In this document: positions 47,009-58,156 of the stretch, in pieces
How positions within the stretch are numbered: position 1 is the stretch's first letter
Layout: each line of letters starts with the position of its first letter
From: Lophium mytilinum
Taxonomy: Eukaryota
DNA length: 64,000 bases
NCBI GenBank assembly: GCA_010093605.1
Contig: MU004189.1
Location: forward strand, 1,557,834-1,621,833
Direction: 5' to 3'
The notes under the pieces: generated by a model
Databases searched by the model: none
What the model saw: the letters and a program-made list of their open reading frames with translations, nothing else
What the model was told of the DNA's origin: nothing
Position numbers and translations under genes: made by a program

Positions 47009-47657
47009 GACGACTGGAATGATCTAAAATGCAACTCTAAATGCAGTTCTATTGTATGGCAAAGCAGAACGAGACAAAAAGCAGATAACGATGTGAAGAG
47101 CAGGATGGTAGGATAGCAGAGTGGAAATCCCATGCTTCGGGTATCGGATGTCTAGCTCCGGGCTTACTATATCAGGCAGTGATCGGCTTTGTTTGTGCAA
47201 GAGTGCTCGACCATGACATTTATTTTGGAGTAGTGATGATTCATGGTCATCGGCTTTCTAAATACCAATATTACTCTCGCAGTTTGACTTGATCTACTTC
47301 CATAGCTTTGGCGTGAATAACAATGCAGTAAGGGACAGCGGAGCATGCAAGAGACCTTCGTATGATGCAATAGATATAAATCCATATAGAACTTCAGCAC
47401 CAGCTTATACGTAATGTAATCAAGCTGAGAGACAAATCACTGGCGACCTGTGTACTCGGAGTCCTCGGGAATGTTCTGTGAAAGCGCCATATGGCAACAT
47501 GCCCGACCCCGAGATCAATTTGTCAGCAGCTTCATTGTCGTTCCGCAGGCGTTGCCACGATGAATTGAACTGTATAAAGCGTCCAGACTCTCGGAAACTC
47601 TATCTACACAACCAAAGCAATACCGTCATCGTGGCTTTCCGTCAAAGTGTTCGCAGA

Positions 47658-48401
47658 ATGACCAACTTCGACATCAAGATCGTGTCAGATACAGTGTGCC
47701 CGTATGCTGCCCCACAACACTTTAAGTAGTCAACATCTATACTGACTACATCCAGCTGGTGCTATGTAGGAAAGAAGAGACTTGAAAAGGGGATCGAACT
47801 CTACAAAGCCGCGCATCCCGACACCAAGGACACATTCTCCACAACATGGTATCCATTCTACTTGCAACCAGACGCTCCGAAACAGGGAATCGACAAGCAG
47901 CAATACTACCTTAGTAAGTTCGGCGAGGGCCGTACGCAGATGATGTTCCAGCGACTTGCGCAGCTGGGCCAGAGTGACGGCATCGCCTTCAAGTTCGGCG
48001 GGAAGACAGGTAACACGCGCGACTCGCATCGCCTGGTTCAACTCGGCAAGACCAAGTCGCCAGCCGTGCAGACGAGGGTCATCGAGGAGCTGTTTGCGGC
48101 ATACTTCGAGAACGAGAAGGACATCACTTCTCGCGAGACTTTGCTCGATGCAGGCACCAAAGCCGGACTGGACGCGGCCGAGGTGAAGACATGGCTGGAC
48201 AGCGGAAAGGGAGGGCCTGAGGTCGATCGGGAAGTGCAGGATGCCTACGAGCAGTCCATTTCTGGCGTGCCCAACTTCACCATCCAGGATCGATTCGAGA
48301 TTGGTGGAGCGCAGGAGCCGTCAGCGTTCGTGCAGCTGTTTGAGCGGATCAAGAAGCAGGATGGGGGTTCTTCGAAGAGCCAGTCTGGCGAGACATGCTG
48401 A
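47658..48401 (+). CDS. DSBA-like thioredoxin-fold protein (FrnE-like)
   Basis: IVSDTVCP|WCYVGKKRL (CxxC split by intron ~47702-47756), GNTRDSHRL, ISGVPNF and GAQ. Confidence 0.92.
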
Positions 48402-49152
48402 AGGGGCGGAATCCGTGGGATGGACTCAACTTCTCGTTTGGCAACTGAATTGTATGAAGGGAAAAGAAAGCTTCATCATGCCAAGCGTTTGAGGATCTTG
48501 TGCTGAGACTGTGATTTATGCAGGGGCTTAACTAGCTGCCGCAAATCTCCCGGCCCTGACGCCTCGTTAAACCTTGCTTCTTTCACTCACAACTGTTGAG
48601 ACATCAACGTTGTGATAGGACTTCCTGATGCTGGAACTCGTGACTCGATACACCTCTCAACGCCATGGCGTTAACCCGCCCTGCTATGCATGAACACAGC
48701 GACGGGATGGCCTGGCTTTCTCCTCGAATCAACAGCCAGAAGTCACTAGACTGGCGAGGGCAGTCCATGGGTCGAACTGAGCATCGATGAGTTGGTGGAT
48801 CGCCAGACGCCGCCGGCGTCAATACCAGGCTCATCAGTGGTGTTGGCGTCTCTCTTTGAAAGGGGTCCAGACGCATCTCAGCCACAGGGCCATCCCTCTA
48901 CCCAAGCTATGGTGGTGACACCGAGGGGCTGTCTCGCCTTCAGCTCTAGCAGGTCAAGAAGGCAGAAGGCTACGGTTATCAAGCATTTTATTCAGTTGGT
49001 GCCCTCCCGTAGATCTCATCTCGTTTCTAATCTGCGGTCTTTTCTATCGTCGGCTTGCTTTACTACATTCTACAGTCTCTCGTTTTAGTGTTCCTTAATC
49101 GCATAATTCTACCTCGAAAACCTCTGCTAGTTCAGGGGTTCCTCATTCAGCT

Positions 49153-50465
49153 ATGATTCTTCCAATGCAAATTCTAGCTGTCGCTGTTCTCGTTCCTACC
49201 GCTACGTGTATTGCATTCGCTGGACCAAGAGCAACGCCTCCAGTTCCTCAGAGGTTGATTGATGGATGGAGTCCGAAACCAACACAAGGCCCATCGCCGA
49301 AAGAGCTTCGAAAGAGACAATTTGACTCTGTAGAGACATGTGGATGGATCGATGGCGACTTTTGTTAGCTCTGGTCTGCCCGCTCATATCTGCTTCTTCA
49401 ATACTAACACTAAACCTAGCGTCTCAAATCGGATGTTCAGCTGGAGCCACTTGCATGCTTCTCACCGATGTATTACCTGGAATGGCAGGCTGCTGCTCCG
49501 ACTTCGACTTCCAGGACTGTGGTTACGTCAATACATGCATCGACTACTCCAGCATGATGGGCAGCGGCTGCAATTCCGACTGCATGTCCAATACATTTAT
49601 CAAGAAGTGCACTGACACTATCTCCCCATACTGCGTCTCCTGGACATATATATCCGACAACGTGCAAGATTACGGCTGCGGGACCGAATCCTTCTCTGTC
49701 TTCGAGACCCTCCAACAGGACGTCACTGACGCGGCAGACTTCATCACGACCTCGCTCTCCCTCCCATACGTCGGCGCCAATATCGTCACGGGCTACCAAT
49801 CAACGGCATCAGCGGACGCTGTCACTATCACTAAGACTGCAAAGGTATCACAAACGGCCTCGGACACAACCGACACAACCGACCTCTTCTCCACAGCTAC
49901 AGCCGCCGCCTCCACCAGCTCCAAAACCACCAAAGTCTCTGTCGGCCTAATCGCCGGCGTCGCAGGAGGCGTCTTCTTCCTCCTCCTCGCCATCGCCGGC
50001 TTCATAATCTTCCTCTGTCTCCGCCGCAAACAAAAGCGCGCCGCCGCCTCCAACGCCGCCGCACTCGCAGCCGCAACAGCATCACGGCCTCAATCCCAAT
50101 ACTATCCCAACAACGGTCGACCGCAATCGCAGTACCAGCCCATGCAGCAGACCCCCAACCTCGCCCCACCCATGCCCACGGCACCAGAGGGGTACACCTA
50201 CTTTGGGCAGCCAAATCAGCCGTATAACCCCGAGTCGAAGTTCGCGACGCAGACAGTCAGCCCGGTATCTGCGCCGCAGACGCCCGCACCGGCCTATGCT
50301 GCGCCCGTTGAGTTCCAGACGCCCGGGGTGGGTGGGTATGCGACATTGCCGACGGCGAGTCCGGGACCGCTGCCGCTGGGAGTGGTGGAGGTGGATGCGA
50401 CGAGTAGGCCGCATCTAGCTCAAGGGGGTGGGCCGATATATGAGTTGGGAGGGGGAGGGAGATAA
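49153..50465 (+). CDS. Type I membrane protein: signal peptide, Cys-rich ectodomain, Ser/Thr stalk, single TM, Pro/Gln-rich tail
   Basis: Hydrophobic N-terminus, ELRKR Kex2-like site, TCGWIDG and about 12 Cys, TM GLIAGVAGGVFFLLLAIAGFIIFLCL followed by RRKQKR. Intron ~49364-49419. Confidence 0.8.
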
Positions 50466-50864
50466 AGCATGAGATCTAATCGTCGGGAAAAGAATGGAAA
50501 AGGCGAAGGGGGACGATTCTGTTTTTAGTTCTCTTATTAGGACGGCAAGGGAGCTGACCGGCAACGCTAATGTATTGGATGTGCTATGAACTGGACGGCG
50601 GTAATCTGGAAGGGATATAAGCTTGGGAATGTACGATAGACGGGGTCTGTGGGTACCCTCGAGAAGCGTGAATAGGAGCTAGTCTGGTATCTAGATCTTA
50701 GACTATTCCTATACTCGTTCTATGGAGACCCTGATGTAGCTCGAGTGGCTTTTCACGTTCTGTTTAAGCTGGATTGTCACTCGTTATTTCCATGTCAAGT
50801 CTAGTGCCTTCTAAATTAGACCTTGGAATAACGCTGAAATACAGTGGGTTGAGATGTACAAACT

Positions 50865-51330
50865 GGAGCCCGTCCGTGCGATTTCAAGTCTCTTTGGGCA
50901 TATCATTGCTCGATACCCTAAATTAGCTTAATCAAGTAAGCAGTTGAGGACTGCCAGATTTCAAGTCGTTTTACGATGTCTATATGTCCACTCATTTGAA
51001 GCGAACCCGGCGTCTCGTCGTGTCCCATCTCACTTCCCAGATCTTGAACGACCCGATTCAGGTCCACGCCAATAACACAACCAGACTGAGCACAAATCGC
51101 ACTGACTAGCTCCCGCTGGTTCCTCCCAATAATGCAAACTGAAGGCAAACCCCCGGTCTGATTCACGAGCAACGCCAATACTATGCCAAAACCAACCCCA
51201 TATCGCACGGACTGGCTCCCGTTACCAAATCTCAATGCCTCATAAACCTAGACTATCCTGGCGCTTAATTTGAGGTGTCTTGTCGTGACCATGGCAAACC
51301 TGAGAACAGACTGCACAGACTGGCTCCCGT
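50865..51330. repeat. Four copies of a ~18-bp motif (GCACNGACTRGCTCCCG): three direct at ~107-bp spacing and one inverted
   Basis: Direct copies start at 51099, 51205 and 51313. The inverted copy GGAGCCCGTCCGTGCGATT is at 50865-50883. Confidence 0.7.
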
Positions 51331-51529
51331 CATGTTTTCACCTCTCTTTTTGATGAGTTTCACCGAAGGTTAGAATACACAAGATGGTCAGGAAATTGCA
51401 TGTCATCGAGGCGTTCGCAATTCTATGCATTGATAATGTCCGCCGCCACTACTGGCGCGAACTTGTCTACTACGAGACCATGGGATAGTATCGTACACCC
51501 GCCTCCATCCCGCCGATCCAGCCCCAACT

Positions 51530-53081
51530 CTATAGCCCATCATAGTCTCCAGCAGCCTCATCTTCATCAATATCGCCATCCTGGATCTCCTTGGCAAGTT
51601 CCCTTTCACGCTCCCTCGCCTCTTGCGCGTTCTTCAGCTCCAGACGGTGCTGGTTCATGGGGTATCTCATTGCCTTAACACACTCGTCGTGTAGCGACAA
51701 GCATGCGCGGATGCGATCATGGAAGGCTTCGCCGGGCTCGCGGGTGGCGTAGACGTCCCCAGCTTGCTTGGTCTGCATGTAGCCCTTCTCGTGGTCGATG
51801 GTGGCCTCTATAACGCCGTCGCGGATGGCCTTGGCAACAATGTATTCTGCCGACTCTTCGCTTTCAAGTCCAAGTCGGATGCAGATGTCGCGGAGCGAGA
51901 TTCGGGAGTAGGAAAGAGATAGCATGCGAATGCCAGTTTTGATGACGTTTTGGCGGAGACGGAGGATCAAGGTGTAGGTTCCGTCACGGTGGAAAACGGA
52001 AGAGTATGTCTGTACGACCTTCAGGAAGCCCTGGAGATCACCGACTCTGACGGCCTGGACGAGGCGGAAATACGGCTCTAGTGCGCGCTCGAGGTTGGGC
52101 TGGCTGAACACGGCGCGATCGGGAATATCACCCATAAGCAGCTCGACCACAATGAGCAGCTTAGTCGACGCCTGGTAGAAGCCTGTAGCCACGGCGTTGG
52201 TTGGCGATTTTCGGGTTGCGCTAATCAGATGTTCGTGCGCCTCCGTATATGCTAGCTGGATTGCTCGTATGCGTCCGAGGTAGAATAGGTACCGTGCAAC
52301 CTGGTTGTTGGGAGCAGTTGAGGGGAACTGGGTCTGTGCCACCAATAGATCGGCTTGTGTAATATCGGCGGTCGAGATATAGTTCCGTAGAAGGAGAGTC
52401 GTCACCGCAGCCTGAGTATCCTGGTCCTTGCGGAGCACTGAACTGCGCAACGCCGCGAGAAGCTTACCACGGATGGATATGACGGGCGATTGTTTGGATG
52501 GAGGCTTGGGATCCAGTTCCTCGTGAAATAGGGAGAAGTAGAAGTAAGACTTTGCGGCGAGGGAGTCGAGTGTTCTTCGGTTGAGTTCGCGGATCTTGTC
52601 TACGAGAGTCGAGGAGAATTCGGCGCCATCATCAAACTCCTTAGTATCATAGAGATAGACCTGTTCAACGTATCAGCTCCTGTTCTCAACAAGACCACTA
52701 AGAGGCACCTACCTGGATTAAGATGGCTATGTAGACATCAATCTCCGGGATAACCTCCTTCGGGTTCGCCTTCAGAATCGCCAGCTCTTCCTTGTATTGA
52801 GAAACAACACGACTTATCTCCTCTCCTTCTAGACCAGTTGCCTCGATCAAAATGCGGGCTGTGGGGTTACTCGGGAGGTAAGTCAACACAATGACAGAGC
52901 ATAGGATGCGGCCATCCAAGGTCTTCCGAATGGAAGATATCGACCGAAGAGCACGGAGGGTGAAACGGCTATCGAACTGAGCAACAGCGCGCTCTAAGAG
53001 AGCGAAGTTGCTGCGGATATCCTTGACAGGCTGATCGGGGTTGACGGCGGGTTGATCGACCTCCATGGTGTCGACTGCCAT
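51530..53081 (-). CDS. RPN3: 26S proteasome lid subunit Rpn3 (PCI domain)
   Basis: FDSRFTLRALR, NRRTLDSLAAK, RYLFYLGRIRAIQL, LRQNVIKTGIR, AKAIRDGVIEA and KAMRYP. One intron at ~52662-52711. Confidence 0.97.
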
Positions 53082-53348
53082 ATCGAGCTAGAGAGAAACG
53101 AATCAACTTGAGGTGATGTTGAAGAGACCGAAAAGCTGGAAGTAGATGTGACAGAGAGCAGAGACGTGCAGTGGGCTTGAGGTGATGTGTTTAGGCGGGA
53201 GCTCGAGCTGGCGATGATGAGGCAAGCACGCCAAGCACGGGGATGGATTAACTACACGCTCCGAAGCCTATTTGTTGACAGTCGATTCCCAATCTCACTC
53301 TTTTGCGCGTCAAATACCCTCTGTCCCAATTGGAGCCTCCAAACTCTC

Positions 53349-54241
53349 ATGTCAATAATGACTCTCCTCGACGCTCATCTAGAACAGATTTCTTTCTGCG
53401 CTGCCTCAATCGCAGAGCTCCCGTATGCGCTAGATCCCAACTTTTGACCCCTCCTCCTAACGCGTAATAAGATTTCCTCCACCAAAGATATTCACAAACG
53501 CCCTACTTCATCCGCACGACATTACGACGCTTATACGAGATACCGAGTTACACGAACGCGCTCTGTTCTCCGTGCCGCCCCCTCCAGCTCAACCCAAGGC
53601 GCAGGACCCATCCGCAAGCTCAAACCGCCGAAACACCATCTTCAACCCAAATGGAGGAACTACTAGTATCACTGGTGGCGGTGCAAACGCCGTCAGAGCT
53701 CCGCGGAGAAATACTGCCGTAGCAGCTGTACTAGGAACAGAGCTCGTTGAAAGGATACGGAAAGGAGGAGGTGGGGGAGCTGGTACTGGACTCGGATACA
53801 GGACCTTTGATGGCACAAATCGAAATGAGGTTGACGTGGAAGTCTTACTAGAAGGGGCAGAAAAGCTGTGTGGCGTATAGTAAGCCTTACTGTGGCCATC
53901 ATTGATCACACTGCTAATCATCAACCAGCCCAATTCCAGGCGCAAAAGACAAAATAGCGGCATTACGCCAACGACATAGACGTCTAGAGGCGTCCATCGA
54001 GAGCTATGAGATCCGAGTAGCCGAACAAAACGCGCAGCTCAGCCGAATGAATAGACCTCGCGATTTCGACGACGAGCCCGAGGAGGAAGAACATGAACCA
54101 GACGCTCTACCTGAGATAATCTTCACCAAAGAAGACCTCAGAAGAGAAGAGGAGGAGATCCGAGAGCTAGAGCGGAAGAAGCAAGGACTGGAAGATAGGG
54201 TGAACTCCATGGGGAGAGATATCACTGGAGTCCTCCGATAA
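53349..54241 (+). CDS. SPC34: DASH/Dam1 kinetochore complex subunit Spc34
   Basis: LDAHLEQISFCAASIAELP|FPPPKIFTNALLHPHDITTLIRDTELHERALF and VDVEVLLEGAEKLCGVY|PIPG, with a C-terminal coiled coil. Two introns. Confidence 0.9.
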
Positions 54242-54848
54242 TCAACAAAGGAAATAGCGCTATCAAACTGCAGTCCTCCACTTTAAAGCTACAACTCGTG
54301 GCCTTCAGGACGAACTTCTCACTTCAAACATAGGTTGTATGGATTAGAGGTACGTTCAAGTGATTTTGAGTATGGCATCCGGTCGATTAACATTTATTTG
54401 CAAAGATAAAACCACATGCCGCTAAGCCGCACGAAGCCTTCCAGCTACGAGGCTGCGTGCGTAGACGTACCCCAAGTCGTTGCAACTAGGTGAACTTCCT
54501 GGTTGGAATGGGAAATCATCGAGGTGTGCAGAAGTGTGGTGGATGTCGTGTACTTAGTCCTGATTTCTCATCTACGTCTCCTAATCCTCGTTCATCACAA
54601 CTATTCTCGGATATACATGGGTGGAACACATCGGTGCAGTAAATTTGGCTAATAAGCGGAGAGACCCCGCGATGGCGGGGAGATTCCGCTGATATAGAAT
54701 TAGATGTATCCGCCCCACGGACTCCAGGGTGTGCGCCCTGGTATTCAGAGAGCCAAGAGATCTGACTGCATCTATTTATCAACCCCCTCACTACTCTAAA
54801 CTCAGTTCGAATCCCATTACTACCCCACCTCTTGAGAGCGTTTTTATC

Positions 54849-56256
54849 ATGATCGACTTTACTCTCACTGAAGAACAAACTGCCCTTCGCAATGGCGCTC
54901 GCACTTTCGCGCAAACCGTCCTAGCTGGTGCCTCTTCGGTCTACAGTCAGCTTCTAGATCAAGCATCACGTTTCCAATCCACTTACCCCATTCGCAAAGC
55001 TGTCGAGGCAGGGTTCATAAAAGGACAAATTCCCGCATCCCTTGGGGGAACCGCTGGCAGTCTTGTCAACGCAGCTATCCTGGTGGAGGAGCTTTACGCG
55101 GTAGAGCCTAGTGCTTCATTGACTGTCCTTGGAACGGGGCTAGGCCTCACCCCATTGCTGTTAGGGGGCAGTCAAGAGCAACATGCACGTCTATTGAAGC
55201 CTTTCCTGAGTAGAGAAGGCGAGCCCTTAGCAAGTTTGGTGCACTCAGAGCCAGAAGGGACAGCGAATTGGCTAGAGAAAGGGTCGCCCGGGTTGCAGAC
55301 AACGGCAAGGAAGGAGGGAAATGAATGGGTTATCAATGGGGAAAAGGTCGCCAAATACCCTTCTTCTAAGTGTTGTTTAAAGTTCGCTCACATCCAATGT
55401 AGCTTGGGACTACCAACAGTGGCGGTTGGGATGCCAAAGGAGCAGACCTTCAGTGCGTTGTCTGTCGTCAGGCGCAATCCAATCAACCTCAAGATCCCAA
55501 CAGCGATCCAGCTTCCTCGATCCTTATTCTCATGGTTACATCCACAGAGCTAGCAAACAACAAACCAGGCGCCTTCGTCGTCCTAGGCGACCCCGAACTC
55601 GCGGGCCACAAAGCAGCGTCTGGTCCTCATTCTCGCTTCACAGATTTTTGCGTGCCAGAGAAGAATCTCCTCGCGCCACCAGGCTCTGGCGCGCAGCTCG
55701 TGGAGCAAACGTTCGGTACTAGTGCCGCTATCGTCGGCGCCATGGCTACTGGTATCATGCGCGCTGCTTTCGAAGCCGCGATAGCCTTTGCAAAATCAGA
55801 CACCAGAGGCGGCACAGCTCCGACTTGTATCGACAGAGTGTTGCGGATCTCCTGATTGATGTCAAGATGCTTGTAGAAGCCGGGAGGGCGCTGACTTGGA
55901 AAGCTTTAAGCTGCTTAGAGAAGGGCCCAGGCACATTCGAAGCGAGATTGGAGATTGCGCTTGAGGCTAAGAGCTGGTGTTCTGATCAAGCTGTGAAGTG
56001 TGTTTTGGATGCCATGAAGGTTTTCGGGATGTGAGTATCAACCAGCGCGGCTAGTTTCAATCAATTAGCCAATCTACTAGCCTTGCTAACTCTTTCCCAT
56101 AGGACCGCTTATAGTAAAGATCAGCCATTTTCTAGGCTCCTAGAAGATGCTGCTTGTTTGCCATTATTTGATGGTGGAAACGTAGGCATTCGACGACGCC
56201 AGGTAGAGAGGATTTTCCAAAGCGACGATTACTCGCCTTGGGCAGCGACGTACTAG
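54849..56256 (+). pseudogene. Nitroalkane oxidase-like acyl-CoA dehydrogenase family gene with an apparent frameshift
   Basis: MIDFTL, HSEPEGTANWL, NSGGWD, QSVADLLID and PLFDGGNVGIRRRQ. The reading frame breaks at ~55823-55827 with no room for an intron. Confidence 0.7.
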
Positions 56257-56521
56257 TAGTCCCATCTGGGGCTTTTGGAACATGCAAGCGTGAGATATTT
56301 GAAGCGGTTTGATGTGGTGGTATTTATACACCTATTAGCGTCCAAGCTTGACCAATGACATCATCGCGTCGCGACTTTCATGTGACAGCCGTCAACGTCA
56401 ATCATCGTTGTTTTCCCCTTCCGCACCACTCCGTAACTCCATTTACTTCCCGTTAGCTCCTCTGTCCCGACTTCCGTAAATTGCTATCGCTCGCCTCTCA
56501 GAAATCAAACCAATTGCAACA

Positions 56522-57420
56522 ATGGAGAATCCAGGTAAGCATCTCCTTTTTTCAGCTGTTTGAAGACCTATTAGTTTTAGAGTCTGCACGGGTTCTTGTT
56601 CAAGGCGCCTTTCCCAAGCGCAGCTTTCATTCAATCTTATGGTCTTTCATGCTTACATTCGCTTGCTACAGTCGATGAGATCTCCGGTGTCATCCACAGC
56701 CTCACTCAAGACCCGACGCCACAGCAGATGGACACGATAGAAACCTACTTTACACCCGATGCTACCTTTACCCATCCCTTCTGTCGTACCCTCGCTAGCG
56801 ATTCGAAGACTCAGATCACTTATATCTACCGCTGGTATAAAATCATGAGCCCCAACATCGACATTACAATCAAATCTGTTGGTACGTTGCCTGTCTAATT
56901 GCCTCAGCCACACGAATCCCTTAGGAAGTAGTCCATGCGGCTCCTGATACGTGCCTATCAGGTCTCTTCATCATGCATTTCATCACGTGATCTCCATACT
57001 TTACGATATCCTGGCCAGAATGGCAGTCATTGATTCTCTAACTGTATCCCAGCCTTCGACAAACAGAACCTGACTCTCTACGTCTCTATGTCACAAGTCT
57101 TCAAGCTGTTCATCGTCCCATTCTACAAAGCTCCAGTTTCTCTCGTTACAGTCCTACAGCTCGAGCGCCGCGACAAGAAATACTACATCGCCAGCCAGAA
57201 TGACCTATATCAGACCGATGAATTCGTCAAGTTCGTGGCACCATGGGGAGGCGCTTCCCTAGTGCGACTATGGCAATTAGTAGCCACACCATTTTGCGTG
57301 CTTGGTGTGTGGCTTCTTTGGCCGTTGGGTGTATTATTCGACCTTGTCGTACGGCCAGAAGGCACGCAGAAAGTTGTCGGAGCGAGGGGAGAAGTAAAGG
57401 AGCTAGGGAACAAGGACTAA
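56522..57420 (+). CDS. Fungal NTF2-like (SigF-like) domain protein
   Basis: MENP|VDEISGVIHSLTQ..IETYFTPDATFTHPFC..YRWYKIMSP..|FD...YYIASQNDLYQ. Two introns. Confidence 0.8.
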
Positions 57421-58156
57421 TGGTAACATAGAGTGGAGTGTTGTAAGAGAGTATAAATTGAGAGAAGGGCTAGCGTCCAAAACGTGTGCTGATAAACCAT
57501 ACTTTTCACCAGCCTTAAACATGCACCGCCAGATACTGATGGAAATAACCTGAGTATCTCAAAGACTGAGAAAGGCAAGATAGACGTCGCAAAGACTAGC
57601 TCGAAGTGAAGGGCGGTCTGGACATCATCTGTACACTTTATTGTGTTGTTTCTCTATTTGTCCGTGCTGTCTGGGTATTCTTTCATCCACGTAGGTCTCA
57701 TACACCACCTGCCAGTGATGTAAGAGCGTGCGCTGTCAAATCATACCCGAATTTTCCAATATCGTGTCTCATTGTTTTTTATCCGCTCCTTTTCTCTCAG
57801 TGTCTGATACCAAAACACCGACTTTATCAAAGCAGCTCACCAGCTTATAATATACACAGTACTGGGCCAAACGTTCAGTCTCACGGAACTACTACCACTG
57901 CTCGGCTAGCACTCTTGGTTGATCGACGCTACAGCGAGAACTACGCCAATAAGCAGGCAGGCAGTCAGTCAAGAGGCAGCCTGGTTTCTACTACATCAGA
58001 ATATCCATCGTGTCCTCACTGCATAATCAGGTCATAGGTTTGGACCCGCCAATATCTTACTTATCTAGCCCGACACCACTGTAAGAAGGCCCCAACTTAC
58101 AGGTAGCTGGTCCTTTAGTAGGCAGCCTACTATACACTGCAGCTATTCTCACAGAG

